From Pseudomonadota bacterium (lineage in GTDB: Bacteria; SAR324; NAC60-12): a stretch of DNA of 64,000 bases. This document shows, in pieces, positions 49,702-60,282 of this stretch (the stretch's first letter is position 1; each line of letters opens with the position of its first letter). Position numbers and translations under genes: made by a program. The notes beneath the pieces were generated by a model, which worked only from the letters and a program-made list of their open reading frames with translations, was not told where the DNA came from and ran no database searches. The DNA is taken from contig SHAT01000001.1 in assembly GCA_004213175.1 (NCBI GenBank), forward strand, positions 1,720 through 65,719, read 5' to 3'.

Positions 49702-50445
49702 TTACTGCACTCCTAAATACGCATCAATAACTCGATGATCGTTTTTAATCTGTTCAGGTGAACCCTCCGCAAGGAGTTGCCCATGTGCCAAACAAAAAAT
49801 TTTTTGAGCTAAACTCATTATTACTCTCATATTATGTTCAATGACTAACAACGTAATACCGAATTCTTTGTTCACTTTTATCAATCGATCTATAATTCCA
49901 TTAATCAAGGTTGGGTTAATTCCTGCGGTTGGTTCGTCAAGCAACAACATCTTTGGTTCATTTATCAATGCCATTGCCAATTCTAATAGTTTTTGTTGAC
50001 CGAATGACAAATCACCTGCTCTTAGATTTCTCTTTTGATATAGACCTACAAATTTTAATAAATTTTCTGATTTTTCTGTTAAATTGTGAGGAACTTTTGC
50101 AAAAATATTAAATACTGTATCATTTTCAGGTTTTGAACTGACCAGCATATTTTGGATACAGTTCAGCTTTTCATAAATTCTAGTTTGCTGAAAAGTTCTC
50201 AACAAACCTAATTTTGCAACAGCAGGTATTGGAAGTGAGGAAATTTCTTTACCTTCAAAATATATTGATCCTTGATCAATTGGGTGGGTTCCAACTATTG
50301 AATTAAATAATGTTGTCTTGCCCGAACCATTAGGCCCAATTAATCCAACTATGCTACCTTCCTCAACATTTAATGAAACATTTTCATTGGCCTTCACCCC
50401 TCCAAAATGTTTATAAACCTGGTCTACTTCTAAAATGATGCCCAT
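49702..50445 (-). CDS. livG: Branched-chain amino-acid ABC transporter ATPase (LivG-like)
   Basis: 247 aa. GPNGSGKTT, LSFGQQKLLELAMAL, LLLDEPTAGI. Confidence 0.8.
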   Translation of the reverse strand: MGIILEVDQVYKHFGGVKANENVSLNVEEGSIVGLIGPNGSGKTTLFNSIVGTHPIDQGSIYFEGKEISSLPIPAVAKLGLLRTFQQTRIYEKLNCIQNMLVSSKPENDTVFNIFAKVPHNLTEKSENLLKFVGLYQKRNLRAGDLSFGQQKLLELAMALINEPKMLLLDEPTAGINPTLINGIIDRLIKVNKEFGITLLVIEHNMRVIMSLAQKIFCLAHGQLLAEGSPEQIKNDHRVIDAYLGVQ

Positions 50446-51500
50446 TATGTCAACTCCACTTGTGCCGTTCGGTCAACTTCATCAACAACTTCTCCAAAAT
50501 TTTCGGGATATTTTTCCCTGAACCAGCCCAAAATTCCTTCCGGGAAGAAAATAACAATCACTATTATTAAAGCTCCCAGGGCGACGTATTGCCAACCTAA
50601 AAAGAATGTCCAAAAACCTTCTTTAAATACATGAAAAACAGCAGCACCAATTACAGGACCCCAGAGAGTTCCTTTTCCTCCTAAAATTGCCATTAAAACC
50701 ATAAACACTCCATAAGTGGAACCAGCAAATGCAATTTCTGTAGGTTCAATATATCCTATCATATTGCCCATTAAACCACCTGCAATGCCCAGAAAAAATG
50801 CAGACACCACCCAACCGATGATTTTATAACGCATGGTATGAATGCCCATTGCCTCAGCTTTATCTTCATTATCTCTGATTGCGTTAATAACCAATCCAAA
50901 CCTTGTTTGATATATCAATCTTATAACAAAAAATGTAACACACACGGTTAAGAAACAAAGGTAGTAAAAAAATTGCGATCTCAACTCTGTTCCACCTATA
51001 CCTTTTGGCCAGGGTGGCACTGTCATTCCCTGCCCTGCACCTATTAACTCTATTCCGCCTGCGATTTCACCCGCGGCAATACCAATCCCCAAGGTGCAAA
51101 TCGCAAAATAATGGCCTCTTAACCCTAGAATACCATACCCGATCAGCGCGGCTACTATTGCGGGAACAATGCCTGCGAAAATCAGCCCGTAAGTGAATCC
51201 TTGAAAATATTGTGAAGTTGTATGTAAAAATGTTTTTTCACCTCCGCTGGCAGTCCATTCTGAAAGTGGAAAAAACATCCCTATTTGAACGCTGGAGCAT
51301 ACATACATTCCTACTCCAAAAAAAAGAATGTTTCCAAAGCTGTTGTAGCCCATTTGTCCACCCTGAATATCCCAGGTCAGAGCTAAAATAGTCAATACCC
51401 ATAATATAGATATTTGAAGTTTATATGCAGGGAACAAAAATGGTGCACTTAGACCAAAAACTAAAATTAAGCTATAAATAATTATATTTTTTTTGCTCAT
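50445..51500 (-). CDS. livM: Branched-chain amino-acid ABC transporter permease (LivM-like)
   Basis: 351 aa polytopic. BPD_transp_2-type pattern. In-operon overlaps with livG and livH. Confidence 0.75.
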   Translation of the reverse strand: MSKKNIIIYSLILVFGLSAPFLFPAYKLQISILWVLTILALTWDIQGGQMGYNSFGNILFFGVGMYVCSSVQIGMFFPLSEWTASGGEKTFLHTTSQYFQGFTYGLIFAGIVPAIVAALIGYGILGLRGHYFAICTLGIGIAAGEIAGGIELIGAGQGMTVPPWPKGIGGTELRSQFFYYLCFLTVCVTFFVIRLIYQTRFGLVINAIRDNEDKAEAMGIHTMRYKIIGWVVSAFFLGIAGGLMGNMIGYIEPTEIAFAGSTYGVFMVLMAILGGKGTLWGPVIGAAVFHVFKEGFWTFFLGWQYVALGALIIVIVIFFPEGILGWFREKYPENFGEVVDEVDRTAQVELT

Positions 51501-52390
51501 TTTAAGTATTCTCTTTTTCTCGATAATTTAAATCTTCGATAAACAAGAATTACAACCAACAGTAAAAACACAGCCGCTATTCGAAATTCTGTGCCAAGAA
51601 TATAATCTGCAAATTCCTCAAAGACTCCTAATCCGATTCCGGACAAAGCAACAGCAGGCAGATTCCCCAGACCTGCTATGATAACGATCATGAAAGATCT
51701 GACGGTGTAAGGTAGTCCAATGTAAGGATGCAGAGTAAAAGTAATCGCAATCAAGGATCCAGCTACACCGCACAAGGCAGCATTAATTCCAAAAGTTGCT
51801 GCGTAGACTTTTTCAGTATCTACACCTAGAATTTTTGCTGCTCTTTGATTTTGCGATGTGGCCCTTATTGCACGTCCTAGTTTTGATTTTTTCATGTACA
51901 AGACTAATGCGACAGCAAAGACTATACTTACCAATGCAGAAAATATTTTTGCATTTGGCAAAGTGACCGAGTAATCAAAAAGCATTGTTGTTCCAAAATT
52001 TGACTGAGCAACAACAACGTCTGCACCAAAAACAAAATTCATCAACTGTTGAGTTAATATGCTAATCCCAAAAGTTGCTAATATTGAGATAAACATATCT
52101 CTTTCAACGACTCGATTAATGATGGTTTTATATAATGACCATCCGATAAAATACATGATAATTGGCGATACGATGACTCCAAACGCAGGAGGAATGCCCG
52201 CAGTATACATAAAATAGGCAATATAACCACCCATAATCACCAACTCCCCCTGGGCAATATTTATGATATTCATCACACCCCACTGTAATGCCATACCATA
52301 GGCAACCAGTGCAAACAAAACCCCCAACAAGATACCATCCATAGATGCCTGAACCATCAGGATAGGTGCTTTGAAAATTAGAAAATCCAT
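51497..52390 (-). CDS. livH: Branched-chain amino-acid ABC transporter permease (LivH-like)
   Basis: 297 aa polytopic permease. 4-bp overlap with livM. Confidence 0.75.
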   Translation of the reverse strand: MDFLIFKAPILMVQASMDGILLGVLFALVAYGMALQWGVMNIINIAQGELVIMGGYIAYFMYTAGIPPAFGVIVSPIIMYFIGWSLYKTIINRVVERDMFISILATFGISILTQQLMNFVFGADVVVAQSNFGTTMLFDYSVTLPNAKIFSALVSIVFAVALVLYMKKSKLGRAIRATSQNQRAAKILGVDTEKVYAATFGINAALCGVAGSLIAITFTLHPYIGLPYTVRSFMIVIIAGLGNLPAVALSGIGLGVFEEFADYILGTEFRIAAVFLLLVVILVYRRFKLSRKREYLK

Positions 52391-52463
52391 AAAAAATTAG
52401 CAAAAAAAAATGCCCCCTAAATTCCTCTAGAGGGCAAAGTCTGTTTATTATAAAAGTTGGAAA

Positions 52464-53741
52464 TTATCTATTTGACCAGGTAGGTACTGGATGAACTAAT
52501 TTGGCAGATGCCCATTTAGTAGGTGCAACCACTTTATTGGCACATTTACCACCATCACATCTAACCTGAAACAACACCATAGGTTTTGCAATGTTTTGTC
52601 CTGTATTACTGAACTTTATGTTTCCATAAAAAGTTTGCATATCAGTCTTTGCCAAAGCATCCCGGACTTTCTCTGTATCGAAAGAATTTGCTCTTTCAAA
52701 AGCAGCTTTCCATACTAACAGAGCTGCTGAAGATTCGGCAGATTGATATGGAGGTGCAGAACCATACTCTGCAGTATAATCCCGGTCATAATCCATCCCA
52801 TTTCCAAAATAATTATCTTCGTATGTCAATGACTTATGCCATTGAGCTGCACACAAAGCGTACTCTGCTTTTTCGCCGTGTTGTTTTGACAATTTCCCAG
52901 CATCGCAGTGAGTCATTGCTAACATAGGGACATTTACTCTCATCTCAGATAGTTGTCTGATTGCAGTAAGTGCTCCCTTTGTGTGACCTGAAACTACGAG
53001 TACATCAGGTTTCAAAGCCTTTACTTTAGAGAGCGTTGCTGCCATATCATTCAGTTCTTTTGGCAAATTATCATCTATGACGATTTCAGAACCGGTTCTC
53101 TGGGCTGCTTCAACAACACCAATTTTCACATCTTGAGAAAATGCATCCTGTTCAAATGCCATTGCGATTCTCACTCCTTTTCCTCCGTTTTTCTCAACAG
53201 CAAGATCGATTGCCACTTCAAGATATTGGTTTGCAGCAGATAATACCGCGAACAGATATTTATATCCTTTTGTAAACAATGATCTGGATGCACCGTTCGC
53301 CTCAACCATAGGGATTTTATTTTCCTCAGTTACTGGTGCAATTGCTTTGGTCATCCCTGAACTGTATGGACCAAGCATATATTTAATCCCATCTTGTTTA
53401 ATAAGTCTTTCTGCAAGCTGAGCTGCACGACCTCCATTTGATTCATCATCGTAATATATAATTTTAAATTTGTAGGACTTTCCGCCCACTATAACACCAC
53501 CCAATTTGTTTATTCTATTGATAGCCATGTCGTAGCCATTTTTAGTATTTTTACCATTAGTCGAATACTTTCCTGTAAGTGACACAGCAGCACCTAAAGT
53601 AATAGTATCTCCCTTTACTTTTGCAAATGCAATTGAACTGAAAGCCAGAAGGAATCCTGACAATAGTACTATGCTAAGTTTTAAATTTCTCATTTTCTCT
53701 CCAAATATATTTTTTAAAGCACTCCCTGAATGGAAGCGCAA
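52464..53741 (-). CDS. livK: Periplasmic substrate-binding protein, Leu/Ile/Val-binding family (LivK/LivJ-like)
   Basis: 425 aa. Signal peptide from the internal Met (MRNLKLSIVLLSGFLLAFSSIAFA). Peripla_BP_6-like pattern. Heads the liv operon. Confidence 0.75.
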   Translation of the reverse strand: MRFHSGSALKNIFGEKMRNLKLSIVLLSGFLLAFSSIAFAKVKGDTITLGAAVSLTGKYSTNGKNTKNGYDMAINRINKLGGVIVGGKSYKFKIIYYDDESNGGRAAQLAERLIKQDGIKYMLGPYSSGMTKAIAPVTEENKIPMVEANGASRSLFTKGYKYLFAVLSAANQYLEVAIDLAVEKNGGKGVRIAMAFEQDAFSQDVKIGVVEAAQRTGSEIVIDDNLPKELNDMAATLSKVKALKPDVLVVSGHTKGALTAIRQLSEMRVNVPMLAMTHCDAGKLSKQHGEKAEYALCAAQWHKSLTYEDNYFGNGMDYDRDYTAEYGSAPPYQSAESSAALLVWKAAFERANSFDTEKVRDALAKTDMQTFYGNIKFSNTGQNIAKPMVLFQVRCDGGKCANKVVAPTKWASAKLVHPVPTWSNR

Positions 53742-54268
53742 ACACCAACTTTTCTCCTCATCAAGCTATGACATTTCAAGCAAACGTAAACAAAATTCTG
53801 TATTTGAAAACATTTTTCTGAATGCAGCCTTCAATCACAGGGAAACTCCCTATATAATGGGAATACCTTATCTAATACCACCTGTTCAGCAATACTAAAA
53901 CAATTCTAGCAAAAAAAAAGTAATCCTCAAGCAAAAATATCCTCGGCTCGGTGATAAGCCACTTATGAATCTAAAGAAATTTTTCTCCGCATTTTACAAA
54001 TAGGATCCTATTTTTTTGAAAATAGTTAGCTGTATGATTAAGCTTTTTTGTCTGCAGGAATAGAAATCCTTTTTTCATCTGCAAATTTAATATTTTTTCT
54101 TGCCTAAATTAAGTTCCAGAAGAAAATAATTGCTAGAGAAGTTTGCAAAGGAGAGCCAATTGAGAAGTTTCCGAAAAATTTACTATTTTGGTAAAAATAC
54201 TTAAATATTGAGCAAAAATAATTTACCGACCACTTTGTCATTTGGTAAACACTAAACTGAGCTTAAAA

Positions 54269-56950
54269 TCAAGATAAAGCCGGTGGGTTAGAGCCAATAT
54301 CACCGTTACGGAAACGCAACAATTGTTTACGCAAATAGGGATGTCTTTTAGAAGGATAATCTACGTCACGTGCTGCCTTGATAATAATTTCAACCGCTTT
54401 CTTTGTATCACCTGATTGAAAATAAGCTTCGGCCAAAGTATCTAAATTATCTATAGTAGGAAGCACATTGACTGATTTCAGGGCTAACTCCATTGCTCTT
54501 TCAAGATTGCGCAACTGTCTGTCCTGAGCAGTTAGATAAAGCCATGCAAGGTTGTTCAGCACCAAATCGTCTTCTGGGCGTATAGCAATTATTTTTTCAT
54601 ACATTTCGATTGTTGCCGCTTCGTTGCCTAACAATGTTTCAACGTTTGCCAGCCTGAATCTGACATCAAACGCCTGCTGATGTTTCTGCAAAAATTTACT
54701 GTAGTGTTTTCTGCTTTGTTCCAATTTTTCCAGTCTCTCATAGACCCAACCCAAGCGTGCATGAATCCAGGTATTTTCCGGTAGTATTTTTGAAACTACT
54801 TCAAAATGCTTCGCTGCCATTTCCTTATTCCCTCTCATTTCATGAAAAAAGCCCCAATGCTCGTGCATCCATGGCGGCAATTTTTTTGATGTCATATCCT
54901 TCGGTTCTATTATAATCTCGCTCGGCGCACCCTCTAGCAGAAAATGAATATTTTTCAACACCTGCCGAGTAAAAGGATCGGTCCGAACCGAAGTAATTTT
55001 CTCCCAGGCTTTTTTAGGTGTTTGACTCACAAGTGCTTTTAAAACAGGAAGAAGAATTTCATATCTCTCCCCAAACCATCGGCTCAGTTGCTCTTCCGGT
55101 AGTAGAAGCAAATGAAGATTCCACGCCCAGAGGCTCCCAGGATTTTCATAAAGCGCCTGTGTTATGTTTTGACGTGCCATCGTTATTTTATTACGTTTCC
55201 ATTGTATAAAGCCCAAATGTGTAAGCAGCAATGAATTATGTGGACGTAATTTCAACAGTTTCTGATAAACTATTTCCGCTTCATCCCATCTGTACTGAAT
55301 TTTGTACAAACGACCCAGATTTTGAAGTAAACCTAGAGAATCTTTGTACTTTAGTAGACCTTTGTTGAGTAAAGATTCAGCTTCTCCAAATTGCGCCTTA
55401 TTCAATTTTAACTGCGATAACTCTATCAGCGCCCATTCAGAATCAGGATTTTGCTTGAGTAAATTCTTAAGCTCTATTTCTGCATATTTTGAATTCTCTG
55501 TTTTTAACAATAAGCCAATTTTTTGAATAAGTGCCCATTCAAAATCACTAGAAACCGTGAGCGCTTTATTAAAAAAAGCTATAGCCTTTACTGGACGATT
55601 TAATTTTTTTTCATAAAATCCTATTTTGGCCAGTGCAGCAGAATTGTTAGGTTCCAACTGTAAAAAAGATGATAATATTTTTGCTGCTTTTTCAAAAAGA
55701 CCGTGTGATTCATAATAATTAACAAGTTTTTCAATCAGCCCTGTTGCAGTAGGAAATTTCTCTAGCCCCCTTAAAAGTGTGTTTTCACCTTTTTCAAATA
55801 AGAACTCATTCCAATAGAGACGGTTAAGGTGATTTATGACCAACAGGTTTGCAGGAGAATTTTTCATCAGCCATTCATAGCGTTCAATTGCTTGCTCATT
55901 TTTTCCTAACATTTCCAAAGCATGGGCCACTTGCTGAATCGCCCATTCGTTTTCAGCATCATTTTTTAAACCCTCTTCAAAAGAGAGCAACGCCGATTCC
56001 CATTTTTTTTGTGAAAGATAAACAACACCCAAACGAAAGCTGGCCCATGGATAGTTCGATTTTAAAATCAAAGCACGGCGCAAATGTTTTTCAGCGGTCG
56101 CATATTTTTCTTGGCTCCAAGCCCAATTACCAAAATGTGCCTCTGCCCAACTGCTATCAGGAAACAATTTTAGCATGTGCAAAAGAGTTTGCCGCAGATC
56201 TTCTTGAATTTTTAAAGTTTTTCCGTGAATTGCCTGACCAAGCTCTTTTTCCTGCAAAAAGACAAGTTGTCTCAGATACAGCTTTGATTCCGGAGAAAGT
56301 TCAACTGCTCGCAGCATGGCCAATTTTGCTTTGGCTGTATTGTTCCGCCTCTCCCATAGAGCAGAAATCCGGAACCATAGGTCAGGATTCTGGTCATTTA
56401 TTTCACTGGCTCTAATAAACGAATCCAGTGCCTTTTCAGACTGATCCAAAACATTAGGGCCTGTTTCCATAGAATAAATCAAACCAATTAGAAAATGTGC
56501 TTCAAACAAATCCGGCTGCAAAGTTATTACTTTTAGGGCATCTGCAAGTGCAAGCTGCTTTTTTTTCATGCGCCAGGATAACTTTGCACGATCTAAATAA
56601 AGCAGTGCTTCTTTGGAATGTCTAGTGATTTGTTCTGAATAAAATTTGTAAGCATCATTATAAAGACCCAAACGCTGGAAGAGAGCCCCCTCTAAACGGA
56701 CAAGCGCAATTGCTTCAGTAATACGCTGCTGCCCAACACGGAGAACTGAGAAGGTTTCGTTGTAGCGTCCTTGAATTTCAAGATATTGAGCCAGACGGAC
56801 ATAAGCCAATTCATGCACAGGATGAATCCGGACAGCATTGCGTAATCTATTTTCTTCTATATTCTGAACTGGACTTTTATATACCTGACAGGCTGAAGAA
56901 AAGCATTTTACTACAAGAATAAATATGATAAATAAATAACGTTTTTTCAT
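54269..56950 (-). CDS. Large TPR-repeat lipoprotein
   Basis: 893 aa. Signal peptide/lipobox-like MKKRYLFIIFILVVKCFSSAC. TPR helices throughout. 11 bp downstream of the exbD-like gene. Confidence 0.7.
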   Translation of the reverse strand: MKKRYLFIIFILVVKCFSSACQVYKSPVQNIEENRLRNAVRIHPVHELAYVRLAQYLEIQGRYNETFSVLRVGQQRITEAIALVRLEGALFQRLGLYNDAYKFYSEQITRHSKEALLYLDRAKLSWRMKKKQLALADALKVITLQPDLFEAHFLIGLIYSMETGPNVLDQSEKALDSFIRASEINDQNPDLWFRISALWERRNNTAKAKLAMLRAVELSPESKLYLRQLVFLQEKELGQAIHGKTLKIQEDLRQTLLHMLKLFPDSSWAEAHFGNWAWSQEKYATAEKHLRRALILKSNYPWASFRLGVVYLSQKKWESALLSFEEGLKNDAENEWAIQQVAHALEMLGKNEQAIERYEWLMKNSPANLLVINHLNRLYWNEFLFEKGENTLLRGLEKFPTATGLIEKLVNYYESHGLFEKAAKILSSFLQLEPNNSAALAKIGFYEKKLNRPVKAIAFFNKALTVSSDFEWALIQKIGLLLKTENSKYAEIELKNLLKQNPDSEWALIELSQLKLNKAQFGEAESLLNKGLLKYKDSLGLLQNLGRLYKIQYRWDEAEIVYQKLLKLRPHNSLLLTHLGFIQWKRNKITMARQNITQALYENPGSLWAWNLHLLLLPEEQLSRWFGERYEILLPVLKALVSQTPKKAWEKITSVRTDPFTRQVLKNIHFLLEGAPSEIIIEPKDMTSKKLPPWMHEHWGFFHEMRGNKEMAAKHFEVVSKILPENTWIHARLGWVYERLEKLEQSRKHYSKFLQKHQQAFDVRFRLANVETLLGNEAATIEMYEKIIAIRPEDDLVLNNLAWLYLTAQDRQLRNLERAMELALKSVNVLPTIDNLDTLAEAYFQSGDTKKAVEIIIKAARDVDYPSKRHPYLRKQLLRFRNGDIGSNPPALS

Positions 56951-56961
56951 AACATCTTTTC

Positions 56962-57486
56962 TTATTCTTCAGAATTCAGACTCTGGTATGGGACTTTCCA
57001 ATTTGGCAACATAGGCTCGAGTCCAAAATTTAAGTTACCTATTTTTTCAATAACAACCATCAATAATTCTGAAGTCAACACGCCATCAGGATAAACTAAT
57101 AACAGTGGATAGTATTCATTTTTTCCAAACTGTTTTTTTATATTGGTATTCAGTTGAAAGAGTTGAATCAGGTATGACAACAATTCTAGATTTTCTCCCT
57201 GTACTTGATTCAGCAAATTCTCCAATGTAAGAGTGTAATCCTGATTCTCAAACAAATTGTAATATACAACCCGGTCCGAGTAACAGCGAATAAATATTGG
57301 TTTGACATATTCGGGCGCACCAAACCATTCAAACTTGATACTCTTGGACGTTGATGTCGAATCAGCGTCCTTCGGAAATACAAGTAAGAAACTGATAGAA
57401 AGGAAAGCCAAAACACCCATAGTGCTGAGCAGTACACTCAGGAATGGAAACAAAGTAACACGAGGAGAATGAGCGGGATACCTCAT
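56962..57486 (-). CDS. ExbD/TolR-family protein
   Basis: 174 aa. Single N-terminal TM (FPFLSVLLSTMGVLAFLSISFLLVF) plus a periplasmic domain with an ExbD-like pattern (LLLVYPDGVLTSELLMVVIEKIGNLNFG). ATGA start/stop overlap with the upstream gene. Confidence 0.55.
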   Translation of the reverse strand: MRYPAHSPRVTLFPFLSVLLSTMGVLAFLSISFLLVFPKDADSTSTSKSIKFEWFGAPEYVKPIFIRCYSDRVVYYNLFENQDYTLTLENLLNQVQGENLELLSYLIQLFQLNTNIKKQFGKNEYYPLLLVYPDGVLTSELLMVVIEKIGNLNFGLEPMLPNWKVPYQSLNSEE

Positions 57487-58709
57487 CGATTTGACTCTTT
57501 ACTATTGTTCATGAGCCCTTCTTCCTGCAAGTCTTCTGTTTTCGGACTTGCGGACTTTTCATTATTTTTTTCAACTTTCTTAATCTCACCCATTTCATCT
57601 TTTGCTTCAAACAAAGATTCACTGAATTTTTGAATCAAAGGTTGCAATCCTCGAACTTGCGCAGCAAGACCTTTTGAATATTGCTCTACTGATTTAAGCA
57701 CTGGAGAAACCTGTTTACGCCAGTCCTCGGCAAAATCAGCCATTTGCTCCAATTGTCCAGTTACAGCATCATCCAGTAGTTCATCGCCAGGACGTAAATG
57801 TAAATTAGGCAGCAGATCTTCCAGACAGTACTCTTCGACACTGAGCAGCAAATCTTCTTCACGTTTGCGCAAAGAAGAGGCGAGCATCATGATAGGGACG
57901 ACTCCAACAAGAGCTATGAATGTTGTACTGAAGGCGATAGACAGACCGCTTGTAACCCCACCGAGGGCTGAACGTATTTGCGTGTTCATGTCTGTGCTGT
58001 TAGTACTGCGTATAAAATCTGAAAATTCTCCGATTGACTGTCCAATACCAAAAACAGTGCCGATAAATCCAAGAATTGGGATTGCCCAGATAAACACATT
58101 TAGTAAAGCATAACTGCTTTGCATTCGGTTGTGGTCTATTTCTGCCTGATAATTCAGAATCGAGGTTATTTCTTCCTTTTTCGGAATGGCTTTTAAGTGT
58201 CTTAAGGTACGGCGTACCCTCCTAAAAATGATACTATCCTGAAATTTTTTAACTTTTTGCTCCTGTAAAAATTGACTGATTTCCAGGATACGTTCGTCCA
58301 CATCCTTCACATAGATACCATTTGAAAACGAGTCATGCAGTAACTGATTCCGGAATGCCGCATAGGTCTGATGCTGCTGACGAAACTGAATCCACTTGAA
58401 ATAAATCAAAAATATTGACCAGAGCACGAGGGCAAAAATAGTTTCTGAAATACGTCCGGAAAACAATTGCTGCCAGTACTCACTCCTGATTAAAGGCATC
58501 GGAAATACAAGATAGAAGATCCCTGTAAAAAACACTCCTAATATTAGTGATTTGAATGAATTAAGCGCTTCGATTCCTGGTGATTCTGCCAAATACGAAT
58601 GGCAGTTTTGACAATAAGCAGCTGTATCGGAATTTGACCATCCGCATTTAAGGCATTTCATTTGTTGACCAATTTGTGTAATGATTTTTTTAACCTGGAT
58701 TCCGCTCAT
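57483..58709 (-). CDS. MotA/TolQ/ExbB-family proton-channel protein with N-terminal zinc ribbon and extended C-terminal tail
   Basis: 408 aa. N-terminal CLKCG...CQNCH zinc ribbon. Canonical channel motif IPILGFIGTVFGIGQSIGEF...ALGGVTSGLSIAFSTTFIALVGVVPIMM. About 130-aa acidic/coiled-coil C-terminal tail. Confidence 0.75.
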   Translation of the reverse strand: MSGIQVKKIITQIGQQMKCLKCGWSNSDTAAYCQNCHSYLAESPGIEALNSFKSLILGVFFTGIFYLVFPMPLIRSEYWQQLFSGRISETIFALVLWSIFLIYFKWIQFRQQHQTYAAFRNQLLHDSFSNGIYVKDVDERILEISQFLQEQKVKKFQDSIIFRRVRRTLRHLKAIPKKEEITSILNYQAEIDHNRMQSSYALLNVFIWAIPILGFIGTVFGIGQSIGEFSDFIRSTNSTDMNTQIRSALGGVTSGLSIAFSTTFIALVGVVPIMMLASSLRKREEDLLLSVEEYCLEDLLPNLHLRPGDELLDDAVTGQLEQMADFAEDWRKQVSPVLKSVEQYSKGLAAQVRGLQPLIQKFSESLFEAKDEMGEIKKVEKNNEKSASPKTEDLQEEGLMNNSKESNR

Positions 58710-58784
58710 GCTTGACCAGACACATGTATTTAAATATTATGAAGAATAACATAATCAAAAAAATAGTTAAATTTAGAATTTTAA

Positions 58785-59888
58785 ATGACCAAATTGTACA
58801 ATATAAAAAATTTGACACGCCATAATCTGCGTGAGTGGATGAATAAAAAAGCAAAGACAAAAACACAAGTGCAAGCTTTTCGTGCAGACCAAATTTTTTA
58901 TTGGCTCTATCAGCAAAGGGTCGGAAGTTTTGCAGAAATGCATAATTTAGGCAAGGGAATGCGGAAACTTCTTGAAGAGAATTTTTGGATCAGTTCCCTC
59001 AAAAAATCAGAGAAACTTCATTCGCGGGACGGCTCTATCAAGTACCGTTTGTTGCTGGAAGACGGAAAAAATATAGAATCTGTTTTCATGCCGCACACCA
59101 GTCATAATACGGTCTGTATCTCATCTCAGGTAGGATGCGGAATGGGATGTGATTTCTGCATGACCGGCACGATGGGACTAGTGCGCAATTTAAAAACTTC
59201 TGAGATTATTGATCAGGTTTTAGCAGTTTCAGAAGATCTTCCGGCAGGGAAAAAATTGAGGAATATAGTTTTTATGGGAATGGGGGAACCATTTCATAAT
59301 TACCAAAATCTGATGCAGGCACTTGAAATACTGACAGACGAACATGGATTTAACTTTTCACAAAGGCGCATTACTGTTTCTACTTCTGGACTTTTACCGA
59401 AAATTCGTCGTTTCGGTAAAGAAAATATTAAACCAAATCTAGCAATTTCCTTAAATGGTGTAACAGACGAAATTCGCTCGAGGTTGATGCCTGTCAACAA
59501 TGCGTACAATCTGGAACAATTAATGAAAGTTTGCCGAGAATTCCCACTGGAATCACGCAGACGTATCACATTTGAATATATCCTGATTCGTGATCTAACC
59601 GATTCAATCGAAGATGCAAAGGGATTGATACGCTTGCTGCACGGTCTTAAATTCAAAATAAACCTAATCCCCTACAATTCTGATCCTCGAAACAAATATC
59701 AGGCACCTTCACAAAAACAGGCAAGGAAATTTCAAAAGTATCTGCTTGATCATGATGTAGTGGCACCTCTGCGCATATCCAAAGGACAGGATATCCATGG
59801 CGCTTGCGGACAGCTTGTAGTGACAGAAAAACAACGATCGCAAGTAGGTGAAAAAAATAAAACTATAGCAAATGTGATGGAATGCTGA
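58785..59888 (+). CDS. rlmN: Radical-SAM 23S rRNA / tRNA adenine-C2 methyltransferase
   Basis: 367 aa. CxxxCxxC cluster (GCGMGCDFCMTG), RlmN/Cfr family layout. Confidence 0.85.
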   Translation: MTKLYNIKNLTRHNLREWMNKKAKTKTQVQAFRADQIFYWLYQQRVGSFAEMHNLGKGMRKLLEENFWISSLKKSEKLHSRDGSIKYRLLLEDGKNIESVFMPHTSHNTVCISSQVGCGMGCDFCMTGTMGLVRNLKTSEIIDQVLAVSEDLPAGKKLRNIVFMGMGEPFHNYQNLMQALEILTDEHGFNFSQRRITVSTSGLLPKIRRFGKENIKPNLAISLNGVTDEIRSRLMPVNNAYNLEQLMKVCREFPLESRRRITFEYILIRDLTDSIEDAKGLIRLLHGLKFKINLIPYNSDPRNKYQAPSQKQARKFQKYLLDHDVVAPLRISKGQDIHGACGQLVVTEKQRSQVGEKNKTIANVMEC

Positions 59889-60282
59889 TGATCGACTCGA
59901 ACTTAAGTGCTGTCTCGAAAAGTCTACCTGAAGAAATATCATAGATGGTTGAGGAACATTGTGATTACCCATTAATTAATCATTTTCCGAAGATTACAAA
60001 TGAAAAAATACACGTTATATCCTGATTTTTTCCAATTAGCTTTTAGGCATGGCACTCCAAAAAGAGCCTTGATGACTGTAATGGTAGTTGGGACAATCCT
60101 GACCCTAATTAATAACGGGGATGTCATTTTAGAAGGTGGTTCTTTAAATTATATTAAGGTTTCACTTTCTTTTTGTATTCCTTTCTGTGTCTCTACTTGG
60201 GGGTGCTTTACACGGTAAAAGTGTTAAATTATCCGAAGAGTTTCAATCAAATTGAAATTCGACCGTTTCCCAAATCCCTGAA

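Noticed and set aside
56962-58709. Zorya-type anti-phage system
   Set aside because: The ExbD-like partner lacks a MotB/OmpA peptidoglycan-binding domain. No ZorC/ZorD-like nuclease or helicase genes follow. The tail is far shorter than ZorA tails.
60000-60218. 72-aa plus-strand ORF between rlmN and dedA
   Set aside because: It could be a small membrane protein, but there is no motif and no clear RBS. It is left uncalled.
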